In this document: positions 1 through 12,565 of the stretch, one piece after another | Layout of the letters: every line of letters begins with the position of its first letter | How positions within the stretch are numbered: position 1 is the stretch's first letter | Assembly: GCF_000002075.1 (NCBI RefSeq) | Contig: NW_004797330.1 | Span: 411,736-467,443 of the forward strand | Length of the DNA stretch: 55,708 nucleotides | Reading direction: 5' to 3' | From: Aplysia californica | Lineage: Eukaryota | The notes under the pieces: model-generated | What the model was told of the DNA's origin: nothing | The model's input: only the letters and a program-made list of their open reading frames with translations | Databases searched by the model: none | Translations under genes and position numbers: made by a program

Positions 1-149
1 GCACCATGCACCATCCTGAAACACACTTATTGTTGTCACGCACCATGCACCATCCTGAAACACACTTATTGTTGTCACACACCATGCACCATCCTGAAAC
101 ACACTTATTGTTGTCACACACCATCCTGAAACACATTTATTGTTGTCAC
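1..149. repeat. 39-bp tandem minisatellite, about 3.8 copies
   Basis: Unit (g/a)caccatgcaccatcctgaaacacacttattgttgtcac at 1-39, 40-78 and 79-117, with a shortened copy at 118-149. Confidence 0.95.
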
Positions 150-239
150 CTCTTTTAGTCAAAAATATCTCGTTTTATATCTATTCAAGAAAGACGGATA
201 TTTTTCACAAATGAACAAGCTTTAAGATACTAGCATTAA

Positions 240-375
240 CTTCATACTTGCTCAAAATAATTCCAACTCCCTCCGCATGGTGCTTGTCTTCCCTCCCAGA
301 ATATAATATTTGTTCCCCAGAGCCGAGCTGCTTCTGTCCAGACTGTATCCAGTGGGTTTCGCTGACTCCTAACTT
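240..375 (-). mobile_element. RTE-type LINE AP-endonuclease fragment
   Basis: A minus-strand frame not listed in the ORF track reads GVSETHWIQSGQKQLGSGEQILYSGREDKHHAEGVGIILSK, matching the SET(H/R)W, ILYSG and GVG motifs of LINE APE domains. Confidence 0.75.
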
Positions 376-1319
376 CATATGCCTCCAAATTAACGAGCTC
401 CTTCTTCCATGCTGTCAGAAAACACATACTGTCTTGGGTTGGCCAGCTCAGCGTAAACCTTAAGGCCTCCCCAGAAGAGATGAAGTTATTTCAACAAAAC
501 TGCATGTTGGGCACACCTCCCTGACACACAGATACCTCCTGCAGCGGGGGGGGGGAGGAGTAAAAAAAGTTTATGCCCAATGCGGTGACGGCTTAATGAC
601 CTAATGATCGAGCACATCCTGATACAATGTCTGGATTTAGGGCAGTCCCAAGGAAATACTTAACATGCACTAATTTGAAGAATTTGTTCTCCATAGTTGA
701 TCCTAACAGAATTGTTTACAAAGACCGCTGGTCTTTTTTTCAAAAGATGTAAAAAAATGGTTTTAACAATGTGAGATAGTTTTAATTCCTGATTTTTACC
801 GTGAATTTTTAACTTCTTTATCCATTCTGTCTTTACAAAGTCAAACCATACCGTGCTGTGAACTAATGTGAAAACAACTAACTTGAGACCCGCGCACTCA
901 TTTGACCCTATGCAGTTGCGAATAAAAAATAATGAATATATCTTTCTCTTTTGCAACAAGTCATGTTTGTGTACATTTTAATTAAAGAAGACTAATCATC
1001 TGTGAAGAGAAAGAGTGACCTTGTTAACACAACAGTATTATTTTGCTATTTGCTCTAATGTAAAATCATGTTTCTTGAAATGGTTCACTGGAGTGAATAG
1101 GTTATATTTTTGAGAAATTCTTACACAGATTAATAGAAATGTACTGTAGAATTGCAGATAGGAATTTATCCTTTTTCTTTTTTTTAAAAAGTATTTTCAG
1201 TATTGAAATTATTTCTGCTTGTAGAGTCGCCAGGTACCAATTGCTGGAAAGATGGGATTTTTAGGTTTTGAGATCCTCAAACGTTTCTTAAGATCCCGTC
1301 TAATAATGTTTCTTTCCAG

Positions 1320-1498
1320 AGAGGATTTCTGCTAAGAATAGACCTATGTATTCTATGGCCATCCAGTTGTGCAGCAACTCTGAGGGCCAGACATTTGCAA
1401 TAGATGCTGACCGAGTTATTCTGACGCTCCATGGGCTTGCGCAAGATTTCGGCTCCGTCTGCAAGCCGTTGATCGATCAGGGAAAGGAAGTCGAAGTG
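1320..1498 (+). CDS. Candidate internal exon of an upstream gene of unknown product
   Basis: Acceptor tctttccag| at 1319 and donor |gtgagt at 1499. Only one frame is open (RISAKNRPMYSMAIQLCSNSEGQTFAIDADRVILTLHGLAQDFGSVCKPLIDQGKEVEV). It ends in phase 0, which does not match the TM-frame exon at 2517. Confidence 0.45.
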
Positions 1499-1574
1499 GT
1501 GAGTCCTTTTGAAATAAGTCAGCTTTGTTTTTAGTTTGTAAAAGTTTAACGGTTGGTTGTTTTTTTAATTGTTT

Positions 1575-2405
1575 ACTTACGTACTTACTACCCATTACGC
1601 CATCTGGCGTTTAGGGCAGAATCAAAGGATCCCCAGCTCTGTCTGTTTTGGACCATCCTGGTCAGCGTTACCCACGAATGATCCCAGGACTTCATGCCCG
1701 ACTCTACTGTGCGTCTCCAGGTCACTTTGGGTCTGCCCCTTTTGCGACGTCCTTCGGGTGTCCAGTGGAGTGCAGTCTTCACAATAGTCTGGTTCTCTTC
1801 TCAGAACATGTCCAATCCATCTCCATCTTCTCCTTTTTATTATGGTGGTCATGTCCTCTTTCCTACATTTTTGTAATAGATCGGTGTTGAAAATCTTGTC
1901 GGGCCAGAAGATTCTGAGTATTTGGCGTAAGCTGGTTGTATGAAAGGAAGATCGCTTGGCACGGTCATGATCAGTCATCCTCCAGCATTCAGCTCCATAT
2001 AGGAGTGTGGAAAGCACACAGCTGTTTAACTTGGTTTGTATACTAAACTGTCTTGACTTCCAGATGTTGATCATGCTTCTGTGTATAGATCTTACCTTGC
2101 TGAGTCTATTCATGATGTCTTCCTTTGTGCCGCCGTCAGTTGTGATTATGCTGCCTAAGTAGGTAAATGTGTTTGTTATAGGCAGGTCCGTGTTGTTCAC
2201 CCTAATCAGCGTTGGGGAGCCCACATTTAGTGTCATCACTTCTGTCTTCTTCTGGATTATTCTTAACCCAATCTGGCGTCCGTATTTGTGGAGTCGGTTT
2301 GGTTTTCCTGCATGTGCTGGTTGGTATGGGAGAGTAGTGCAAGGTCGTCGGCAAAGTCAAGATCCTCGAGGGTGGAGAAGATGGTCCACTTTATGCCTCT
2401 TTTAT
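1575..2405 (-). mobile_element. 5'-truncated, frameshifted RTE-type LINE (RT C-terminal part and 3' end)
   Basis: LEDLDFADDLALL (YADD-like), FTYLGS, LLYGAECW, RWRWIGHVLRR and WTPEGRRKRGRPKVTWRRTVE are spread over three frames, followed by a short TAAG-like tail. Confidence 0.9.
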
Positions 2406-2516
2406 TGTTTGTGTGGGGTTTTTTGCTTCTTTTTTTGTCACCCTGTAGTTCCGCCAAGTCGAAAGTTTCAACATGTACAAGATGTATCCCTGAGCTCACG
2501 GTGTTTGTTTTCCCAG

Positions 2517-2689
2517 GAGAAGATTCTGGCTTCAAGTACTACGGCACTGTCGGGGGAGTGTGTGCGGCTGTGGTTGCCGTGATGGCTACTGCCATTGGTG
2601 TCTACTTTGTCAGACAGTACAGAATGAGGCAACAGAAGCAGAGTCAGGCCAACGCTGAAACCATCGTTCCTCTTGGTGCTAAAAGCTAG
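2517..2689 (+). CDS. Probable last coding exon of a single-pass (type I-like) membrane protein: TM helix and short cytoplasmic tail
   Basis: Acceptor gtttgttttcccag| (phase 1). Translation EDSGFKYYGTVGGVCAAVVAVMATAIGVYFV-RQYRMRQQKQ...GAKS* shows a hydrophobic helix followed by basic stop-transfer residues. Confidence 0.6.
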
Positions 2690-3150
2690 TAAGTATGATA
2701 TGAATGTATGTATAGCTTTCAGGNNNNNNNNNNNNNNNNNNNNNNNNNNNNNNNNNNNNNNNNNNNNNNNNNNNNNNNNNNNNNNNNNNNNNNNNNNNNN
2801 NNNNNNNNNNNNNNNNNNNNNNNNNNNNNNNNNNNNNNNNNNNNNNNNNNNNNNNNNNNNNNNNNNGTCGGAGAGAGATTACTGTTCTACGTTCTAAGGG
2901 TATAAATTGATGCACAAGCAACATTCCGTTCAGATTTTTTAAAATTCGTCAGAGCTTGCACAAACACGCTCGTCCCCGGAGCAGAGAGGAAGTCAGATAG
3001 AGATAGAGTTGGAAACTACTCCGACACTGGTCGTATGCGGCTAACTACAGATAAGACAGATCGGATAATAGGTGAAAATTGTGGTCATTTTGTTGGCATG
3101 TAGTTCTCAGACGTAAACCAGAGAAAAGGAGAGAGGTGAGGTCGAAGCCT

Positions 3151-3648
3151 CATCATCATCATCCGGTGCCTTGCCGACTGACGTGGGCGATCATGGACCT
3201 CCACTTCCATCTGTCTTACGTTGCACCAATGGTGTCTGTTGTTTTTGCTGCTCCCATTCATGTTGTCATCTTGTCCAGTATCTTTTACCTCTGTCTACTT
3301 CTGCCTCTCTTTCCATCAAACTTGCCTGTTGTTACAATATCCTCCATTCTTCTTTACGCATTCTGTGCCCAATGAAATTTGCCAGTCGCTGTCGTATATT
3401 CGTCATAAGCTCTTGTCTGCAATTTGCTTCAACCAAGCCTTCTTCATATGTTTTCTAGCTGTCCATGGGATACGCAACATGCGTCTTATGAACCACAACT
3501 CTGTCGCCTCAATTGTTCTTTCCAGCTGTCTATTGATTGTCCGTGCTTCGCACCCGTACAATAGGATTGGCTGGATGTAACTTTTCAGTACTCTTTTTCT
3601 TGTTTCCAGTGACAGATTGATGTTTTGTGAGTATCTGTTTCATTTTGT
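3151..3648 (-). mobile_element. 5'-truncated RTE-type LINE with 12-bp target-site duplication
   Basis: aggtcgaagcct is present at both 3139-3150 and 3649-3660. There is a (GAT)n 3' tail, and the degenerate translation includes ATELWFIRRMLRIPWT and GKFDGKRGRSRQR. Confidence 0.85.
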
Positions 3649-4149
3649 AGGTCGAAGCCTACATCCTAAATAATCTAAATTGTCTCGATGGGGGCGCATA
3701 AACGCTTAAATTGAGTCAAATGATGCGCTCTATAATGAAACAGGCGTAGCACTTGTTATTTGGATTTACTTGGATCCAGAGCTAGATTCATAGCAGGCGG
3801 CACATGTCCATAGCTGCTCATCTCTCCTTTCCAGCGTCCAACTCAGGGTCTTCCTGATAATTGTCTCCACGAGGAGCTGGTTTGAGACACGCCTGACCTC
3901 TCCTCGCACTTGTGTACATGCGCACTTGTGTATTGGTATGAAAACCGTGGGAGGGTGCTCGGTTCATTGTTTGCGAATTACAGCCACACAATGGAATTTT
4001 CCACGATTATAGCAGCAATGAGAACAACAGCAAAACCAGAACCAAACTCAAAAGACCAACTGTCGTGACAACAATAACGATAACACTTTTACATGCGCCC
4101 AGATCAAAAAGACCCTCCGATATCCTACTCGCAGAGAAAGGAAATAATA

Positions 4150-4464
4150 CAGGGCAGTTTCCTCAAAACGAGAGGCTTAAATTAAGTCCCGAAGAGACCA
4201 GTCACTAGTGGCAAAAATCAGGACTGGTCATTTCTCTGGGCTGTGAGCCTACAAAAATAGAATGGACAAAACATCGGACCCTCTCTGTCTATTGTGTAGC
4301 AAGGAGCCCCAAGATTTGGAGCACTGGCAGCAGAGATACCCCGCCACGGAGGTCCGGCGGTGGCATCTCTTTGGGGAGGATTCAGGGAGGTTGGACTGCC
4401 TCACCCGCTACCCAAGAGAGGCGGTGGCCCTGGCGAAAAGCACACTCTTTGGGTCTCCAAACAA
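4150..4464 (+). mobile_element. 3' end of a LINE of the I/Nimb/Ingi-like group (C-terminal zinc-knuckle region)
   Basis: KIRTGHFSGL*AYKNRM...PLCLLCSKEPQDLEHW fits the RTGH plus C-x2-C-x8-H pattern, with the last Cys decayed. It ends in caaacaa at the gap, and (CAA)n continues at 4645-4700. Confidence 0.65.
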
Positions 4465-6508
4465 NNNNNNNNNNNNNNNNNNNNNNNNNNNNNNNNNNNN
4501 NNNNNNNNNNNNNNNNNNNNNNNNNNNNNNNNNNNNNNNNNNNNNNNNNNNNNNNNNNNNNNNNNNNNNNNNNNNNNNNNNNNNNNNNNNNNNNNNNNNN
4601 NNNNNNNNNNNNNNNNNNNNNNNACGCCATCAATCATAAAATCAGCAACAACAACAATAGAAACAAAAATGACAACAGCAACAACAACAACAACAACAAC
4701 AGCACCACCTAACACATCACCAATAATGTCACTATTTCATATTATCCTCCCGCAGTATAAATGGCTCCTTCCCTGAACCAACATCGTACGCATTATCTGC
4801 GATATCACCAGCGTCTGTCATCCCTCAGCCAGGAACAAAGACCGGCCACTTGTAAAGACAAGACACAGTGGACAAACTAAGTGGTGTTCAATTTGACCCT
4901 CAAAAGTTACATCAGTGATTTAAAAAAATAATAATAATATGTCTTACTGAAAATTAACTTTTTCTATCTTTAGAAAGAAGTCTCAAATCTGGGGAGATGC
5001 CCGTTCGACTGAGTTTGTGCATGGCCAGGTTTGAGAAGAAAACTAGACAGGTAAATGTGCACGTATTAAACAGAATTCTACAGAAATGATCTTAGTTTTA
5101 GTAGTTTTTGTAAGGTTTTGCGGCTCTCGCAACTGCAAAAGGCCACATGAGCGACACGGGTTGGATGTCAACAGAGAAGTCGGAACAGTACACTACGCAA
5201 GTTAACCGAACTGCTTGTGACGTGAGACATGACGATAACAAGGATGGACGCCGCCACAACTGCACAGTTTGTGCGCTACATTTGACTGACTGTCTAGCTG
5301 CTGTCATCGAGAACGAGGAAGAAGAAGAAACTTTAACAATTTTTAAAATAATTTGCCCTGGCATTATATNNNNNNNNNNNNNNNNNNNNNNNNNNNNNNN
5401 NNNNNNNNNNNNNNNNNNNNNNNNNNNNNNNNNNNNNNNNNNNNNNNNNNNNNNNNNNNNNNNNNNNNNNNNNNNNNNNNNNNNNNNNNNNNNNNNNNNN
5501 NNNNNNNNNNNNNNNNNNNNNNNNNNNNNNNNNNNNNNNNNNNNNNNNNNNNNTTTTTTAACCAGTTACATGAACAGTTAAGATTATGATGTACAATTAT
5601 TGCAACTACATGTTATTATCAATTTACAATTGATTGCAGCTACAGGTAATTATTAATTTACATTTTTCGATGACTCAGGTACAGGCTGTGTTATTGTTAT
5701 GACTAAGAGTGAAAATGTTCAAACTTTGGTGCAAATTTCATGGAAAAAGCTCTTTAAACTTAAACAACAGTGTGTGTTTCTAGTCCNNNNNNNNNNNNNN
5801 NNNNNNNNNNNNNNNNNNNNNNNNNNNNNNNNNNNNNNNNNNNNNNNNNNNNNNNNNNNNNNNNNNNNNNNNNNNNNNNNNNNNNNNNNNNNNNNNNNNN
5901 NNNNNNNNNNNNNNNNNNNNNNNNNNNNNNNNNNNNNNNNNNNNNNNNNNNNNNNNNNNNNNNNNNNNNNNNNNNNNNNNNNNNNNNNNNNNNNNNNNNN
6001 NNNNNNNNNNNNNNNNNNNNNNNNNNNNNNNNNNNNNNNNNNNNNNNNNNNNNNNNNNNNNNNNNNNNNNNNNNNNNNNNNNNNNNNNNNNNNNNNNNNN
6101 NNNNNNGACAGAAAGTAAGAAATCCTTTTTCTCCCGTGAGGAAACGTTTGACATACAGCCTATACATTCTTTTGGTAAACGTGTTTGGCAAGACCATGTG
6201 CCTGTCTTTTTGTCAATGTCTGGTTTTGTTCATCACTAATGATTTTCATATTAAACATTGTAAATAAATTACACAATATGACGTTAATTACGTAAAAAAA
6301 TATTGCTTTGTGAGAAAATAAATCTACATGAACCAGCACATTTGCTTCAATCAACATTACAATGCAATAGTATTTTTTCTTTCTTTTTTTCTGAAAGTCG
6401 GATGTACACGATTTATCTTAATAGTTTTCATGCATTTAGCCAATAGAGGGCTGACGTCAACATTTCTGTAACAGAAGAGGTACAAGACACCATGAGTAAA
6501 ATGAAATA

Positions 6509-6696
6509 CAGTGCAGCCTCTCTATAACAACCTTCGATATATCGACATCTTCTGTATAGCGACATGGTGCCCAAGGTTCCGATGTTTTCCTTATAATATC
6601 ATTAGTAATATTCTTTGTTGGCTCTCTATAACGACAACTTTCTATAACGTCACTTTTTTCTGGTCCCTATGATGTCATTATAGAAAGTTTGCACTT
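6509..6696. mobile_element. Tc1/pogo(Tigger)-like MITE
   Basis: Imperfect TIRs cagtgcagcctctctataac and attatagaaagtttgcactt, flanked by TA. Confidence 0.65.
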
Positions 6697-6699
6697 TAT

Positions 6700-8600
6700 G
6701 GCAAAGCGCCAGACACAGAAAACAAACTTATTGAAAAGATCCCAGCACTAGAAGAGGTGAGTATCAAAGAAGTGACAGCATTGCTTAACACCATATACAA
6801 CACCGAAGAGATACCAGAAGATCTGAAGATGTCAATATTTATAGCATTTCGACAACAAAAAATTTGAAGCTGGAACATCAGAATGTGAGCAGCACAGGAT
6901 AATCAGTCTTATGGAGCATCTTACTAAAGTCCTCCTGCGTGTACTAATGGAAAGAATGAGAAATTGAATACTTCCTGAAATTTCTGAAACTCAGTTTCGT
7001 TTTCATCTCACTGCACACCAAGATTCGATTCTTTAATTCCAATGTCAAGTCTGTGCTCCTCTACGTAAAGTCCAGACTTTCATCAACAGGTGTATGAGGA
7101 GTATCCTAAGAATTAAGTAGCAGGATAGAATAAGACACGAAGAGCTGTGGGAAAGGAAAGGACAAAAAGGTATAGAAGTAGAAATAGGACTAAGAAAGTG
7201 GCGATGGATTTGACACACTCAGAAAGCCCAGCGGAAACATCACAATACAGTCGCTGCAGTGGAACCCACAGGGAGCACGAGGCAGGGGTAGGCCACGGGA
7301 AACATGGAGGAGATGTGTGAAAGGGACATGAGAGAGATGAAACCCACTTGGAATGAGCTAAGGAGGATGGCCCAGGACAGAGATAAATGGAAGGAGCTTG
7401 TATGTGGCCTATACCCTGCCAAGGGTGAAAGGCATTGATGAGGATGAATTTCGGTTTACTGCAAATAACGGTACCTGAAATGTCCCCTTCGCCCTAAGAT
7501 GCTCATGGAAAGATGAACTGAGGTCTAGAAAGACCTTTGCCTCTACTTTATAAATTACTCTAAAGCATTTGACAAAGTGAGACAGACAGAACGATCAACA
7601 TCCTAACAGACCCGAACATAGATGGAAAAGACCTAAGAATCCTGAGAAGCCTCTTTTGGGAACAACAGACAGCAGTCAGGGTCGAGAACAAGCTCAGTGA
7701 ATACCTGACAATCTGTAGAGAAGAACGACAAGGATGTGTCTTATTTCCAGATCTCCTCGATTTATACGACGAAATGATACTGCGTAACATCAGTGATATA
7801 CAAAGAATCAAGGTAGGCGGTAACAATATTACCAACCTACGGTACGTTGATGACACAGTCTTGATAGCTGATTCTGACTCTAAGCTCCCAGAGATTCTAA
7901 CTAGAGTGACAGGAAAAAGCGAAGAAAAAGGCCTACTACAGAATACCTAGAAAACGAAATGTATGGTGATATCAAAACGTGATAGTCTGCAGTAAGCTTA
8001 ACACATGTAAGAACAAAAGAATTAAACAGTTAACAACTTAAAATGAAAGTACCTAGGTTGCTCAATTGCACCACAATCAAAAGAGGATACAAAGATAGAG
8101 ATAAACGGATTGCAATATCTTAAGAAACTTTCGTCAATATCAAAACCTGTCCTCTTATACAGAAACATTACAGCGTACACAAAAATAAGAACCCCGAAAG
8201 GGCACGTACGGTCAATCTTTTTGTAAGGATGCAAGAGCAGGTCTCTAAACAAAGACACAGAGAGATGACTGGCGGCCGCTGGAATGTGGCATTTCAAGAG
8301 AATAGTCAGAATCTCATGGACAGAACGGGGGACAAAAATAGATAGGGAACTGCTCCAAATGGCAGGTTGTAAAAGATCAATAATCAGAACCATCAGAAAA
8401 AGTTAAGATTCTTTGGCCACATGAACAGATCAAATGAGCAAGAGAATCTGCTTCTGTGTGGGAAGATGGAGGGAAAGAAAAGCAGAGGAAGACAAAGAAA
8501 TAAATACACAGATGGCCTAAACGACTTATCGACGAATAAAATACAAAGAGGGTAACTCGTCCAAATCAGAATAATTATAGTGACTTCCAGAGAACCAAGT
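6700..8600 (+). mobile_element. Decayed RTE-type LINE RT region, interrupted by a nested LINE
   Basis: Degenerate motifs IPEDLKMSIFIA, HRIISLMEHLTKVLLRVL, ETQF-F, YSKAFDKVR, QGCVL, NLRYVDDTVLIA, KYLG and GKMEGKKSRGRQR, with many stops. Confidence 0.85.
7004..7448 (+). mobile_element. Nested 5'-truncated RTE-type LINE of a second family
   Basis: TKIRFFNSNVKSVLLY, RKWRWI, WNPQG and AQDRDKWKELVCGL, then a GAT-type tail. Flanked by tttcgtttt and tttcggttt (imperfect TSD) at the host QFGF motif. Confidence 0.75.
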
Positions 8601-9159
8601 TTCAAGCCTGGACCGTGACGGAGTTTTTGACTGCCGAAAGCTGTTCATCAGCAACGTCTCTATGTAAGAATGGGGTCTGTTTATGCTGATATAATTGTTT
8701 GTATTGGCATTAGTAAGCGATAGAAAGGCAAGATCTGTAAGAAGAAGAAGAAAAAAAGAGAAGATGCGACTGAGTCAATATTGAATTTTAAAAATTCGTT
8801 CTGGTCAGCCGAGGGGTACCTGGAATTCTCAGAAATCTTATCGTTTTCAGTTTTAAAACATTTTCTCTCCGCATTTCACGGGCTTGAGACCGTCACACCG
8901 AAGTAGGCTGCATTAAAAATGTTTTTGACTTTTGCCTTCAATCTTTTCTTGAAATAGATTGTTTTGTCCCATGCCCGTTCCTAACAAACTGACGCCATAT
9001 GGTTAGTAACCGGTTAGAGTTGAGATCAGGATAGAAGACACTCAAGGACAGAGATAGAGACAGAGAAGTCACAACAGAACAGAGAACACAACACACATTC
9101 CAGAACATTACAAGAAGGTTAAAGGTTAGCAAAATAGTTTAGATCCTAACTTCCTCTGC

Positions 9160-9280
9160 TCCAAATGAGTCACGAGGCGGGCATATCCCTCATTCCCACT
9201 CCCTAATGGAGACAACAGTTTTTGGTGGTCACTTCCGGAAAGAAAGCCGGAACGTTGTGCACGCAGTCTCATCTCCACGN
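9160..9280 (+). promoter_or_regulatory. Putative SNRK promoter region
   Basis: TGAGTCA (AP-1-like) at 9166, ACTTCCGGAA (ETS-like) at 9231 and a second CCGGAA nearby. Candidate 5'UTR donors lie at 9562 and 9670, and an acceptor at 10323 just before the ATG. Motif-level inference only. Confidence 0.35.
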
Positions 9281-10329
9281 NNNNNNNNNNNNNNNNNNNN
9301 NNNNNNNNNNNNNNNNNNNNNNNNNNNNNNNNNNNNNNNNNNNNNNNNNNNNNNNNNNNNNNNNNNNNNNNNNNNNNNNCCCCCAAATAAAAGCTGATGA
9401 GAGGTATCAAACTTGGAAGATGTAAAGCAAAATGTTGAAACAAACATGAGACTAGGTGGGGCGTAAATATATGGTTGTAGATAGTAGAGTAGATATAAAG
9501 GGAGCTACAGATCAAAGGACATTTTCAGATCGGTTCTTTAACTGATTTTCCTTACTTCTCAGGTAAATTTCTCTCTATACAACTTCGTTTGAGAGTCAGT
9601 ACGTCGTCCTGGTGGGAGCAAGCAATTGTTTTGGAGACCAGCTAACATTTAGCTGGAAGCTACGGTAAAGGTAGGCCTAAGACTTCTATGCAAAATACAA
9701 TATATTATTATAATTGTTCTGCGGTTCGGGCCTAAGCTGATGCGGTATTTCTCATATGTTCACTGGTCAAGGCCTTCTGAGAAAGCCTGGCCTAGCCCTA
9801 GGGCCAATTGGCTACTCCTAAGTGATTTTATCTTGTAGATTTTTCTAGGCTAATAGCCTAGGCCTAAGCCTGCATGCTTTCCCTCTATTCCCATTTCGTT
9901 GAAATCACTCAAATCACTTTCACGTGGAGTTGAATTAGCCCAGCATTCTGAAAGCTTTCAGGGCACACATGTAGAGGTGATTCAGATCATTGGATGCAAA
10001 TCATATTAGGCCTATTTACCATTTCAAGGTATCTCTTAACTTTAGCGCTTTCCCAATCAACACGAATAATATAAAGGCCTCGTAAAAGATGAAATGAAAG
10101 CAATCATGGATGAAAATGAAAGAAGAGAAAAATTATCAGGAAATGTGTCATGTGACCAAGCGTCATGCGCAATGAAGGTGCGCGTTTTGTTTGTAATGGC
10201 AGCCAGCATTATCTCATTACGATGGATACGAATTTTTTATATTGCTAGTGTTGCAAATTTCATTGCATCCCTTTGAACATGATATTGTGAACGGTAAGAC
10301 TTTTTGAAGTCTTCTCTTGTCAGTGACAA

Positions 10330-10921
10330 ATGGCGGGGAAAAGATCTAAAGGTGGCTATGATGGTAAAATAGCAGGATTATACGATTTGGAGGAGACGAT
10401 AGGACAGGGTCATTTTGCAGTGGTGAAATTGGCAAGACATGTCTTCACCGGAGAGAAAGTAGCTGTGAAAGTTATAGATAAGCAAAAACTAGATGATATC
10501 TCTAGATCCCACTTGTTTCAAGAAGTGAGATGCATGAAACTAGTTCAGCATCCAAATGTAGTACGTCTGTATGAGGTCATTGACACACAGACCAAATTGT
10601 ACCTCATCTTGGAGCTTGGTGACGGTGATATGTATGACTACATCATGAAACACGACGATGGTCTGGATGAGGCTGTTGCTAAGAAGTATTTTCAACAGAT
10701 TGTCGAGGCAATAACTTATTGTCACAGACTTCATGTTGTTCACAGAGACCTTAAACCAGAAAACGTTGTGTTTTTCAATAAGCTTGGCATTGTCAAGTTG
10801 ACAGATTTTGGATTTAGCAATGTTTTTGCACCTGGGAAAAAACTGGAGACATCTTGTGGATCCCTTGCATACTCAGCTCCAGAAATTCTCCTTGGTGATT
10901 CTTATGACCCACCGGCAGTTG
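10330..10921 (+). CDS. SNRK: SNF-related serine/threonine kinase, coding exon 1 (kinase subdomains I-VIII)
   Basis: [58 protein letters not shown] and [14 protein letters not shown] are diagnostic of SNRK. Donor G|gtaagt, phase 1. Confidence 0.97.
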
Positions 10922-11055
10922 GTAAGTTTTTTCTGATTGATGCATAGGGAGGACTTTCGTAACGAGCGACCACTAGATCTAAGGGTTTGGGTTTGGGTGA
11001 GGGTTAGTACCGTTTGGTCTCTTCTAGTCTAATAAACTAAGACTAAGGAAGTGGC

Positions 11056-12565
11056 GGTGAGAATAGAAATACGATCGACCTCTCACCCCGGGTGAGACTT
11101 GCCACATAGGCTATTCTCACCCGGTGTCAAACAAGACCTGCTTTTCCTAATTTCGGAATACTTTCTATCTATGTGGATGATCAAATGGATGATAAAGGCA
11201 AAGAAAAGATTAACGTTATAGCACGAAAGTAAGCTAATTTTATCGACTACAAAGATGCTATGGCTATTTCACTTTTCGTATCGAGCCGAACTACGGGGGT
11301 CGCCATTTTGTTTTGCCCGAAAGTTCTCGCAAGATCTAGAATCTACTCCTCCCCTCTTCTCTCTCTCTCTTTCTGAATACTATCTATCGGTGTGGACGAT
11401 CAAATTGACCAAAACAAAGTTAAAAAATGATGTTAAAACACAAAAGTAAATTAATTTGGTCGTCTACAAAGATGCTACGGCTATTTAACTGATTCCGTCC
11501 ATGATTTTTTCAGGCTCTGGACAGAGTTATTTTTCCCTGCTCAGTTTTAGACCTGGGGTGCATCTATTTAACGCATTACTGTGAAGTCTCTAAGTCACTC
11601 TAATAATGTGTATTGTCATACCAAACTGATGGGAATAAGTAGAAAAATCTGTTTATATCAATAACAATGACCTATAATCTGTTTGTATTACAATTTCCTT
11701 CTGACAAAAACGAATGAGAAAAAAAAATTGACTTACCGCATTTTCTCAGCTCTACAAGTCCTTATAATCCATAGGAATCAACACAACATTGTAGCGATAT
11801 CACCCTAGCACACATTTATGCAAGAATTTCACAAATTTAGTTGAATATCTTTCTTTGAAGAGCCTTTTTATTATACCAGGCTCCGTGTTGTTTACCCTTA
11901 GGCCTTAGATCTAGCCTACATCGCAACAACAAAACAACGATTTTTGCAAGAATTTCGCGGAGTTTCGATCGATATTGGCGCTCAGAGATTGAGGTCAGGT
12001 TTGTTTACAAGTTCTACTTCCTTTCGACAACTTAAAAAGTAGGAACTATGTTAAAAAGTGCACCTTTGTTTCGGATTTCGTTGAGCCGCTCACAGCGGCC
12101 GAATGGAGGCAGCGGAAAAACTCAGAGCCGCTGTCAGCAGCCGAATGGACGGAATCAGTTAACTTTTCGAAACGAGCAGAACTACGCGGGTCGCCATTTT
12201 GTTTTGCCCGGNNNNNNNNNNNNNNNNNNNNNNNNNNNNNNNNNNNNNNNNNNNNNNNNNNNNNNNNNNNNNNNNNNNNNNNNNNNNNNNNNNNNNNNNN
12301 NNNNNNNNNNNNNNNNNNNNNNNNNNNNNNNNNNNNNNNNAAATTGTACGCTTCTAGTAGGCTAACAGTAGTAATGGAACGTTTGTTCACGGCACAGAAT
12401 TCTACAATTTTTCTGTTATCACAGTGTAGAAGTAGAATTCTGTGGTTTAGGGTGAACGCAAAATTGGTTGGCCTAGATCTAGGCTATAACGGTGAACGCG
12501 GTGAAAATAGCCAAAAGGCTCGCCTGCACTATTCTCACCAGGGGTGAGAATAGAGGTGGCCTATA
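11056..12565. mobile_element. Putative non-autonomous repeat with subterminal inverted motifs
   Basis: The 11-mer ggtgagaatag/ctattctcacc occurs at 11056 and 11111, and as a hairpin at 12529-12553. Internal direct repeats: gaactacg.gggtcgccattttgttttgcccg (about 11290 and 12180) and ctacaaagatgcta.ggctattt (about 11247 and 11465). Confidence 0.45.

Noticed and set aside
1-149. CRISPR-like regular repeats
   Set aside because: The units are head-to-tail with no unique spacers, in a eukaryotic context. This is a minisatellite.
5163-5181. 19-bp exact inverted match to about 51824-51842 (ggatgtcaacagagaagtc)
   Set aside because: The flanks do not extend, so chance or a tiny repeat fragment is the simplest explanation.
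2673-6267. ORFs spanning N runs (also at 9.2, 12.2, 51.2 and 53.3 kb)
   Set aside because: Artefacts of translating assembly gaps.
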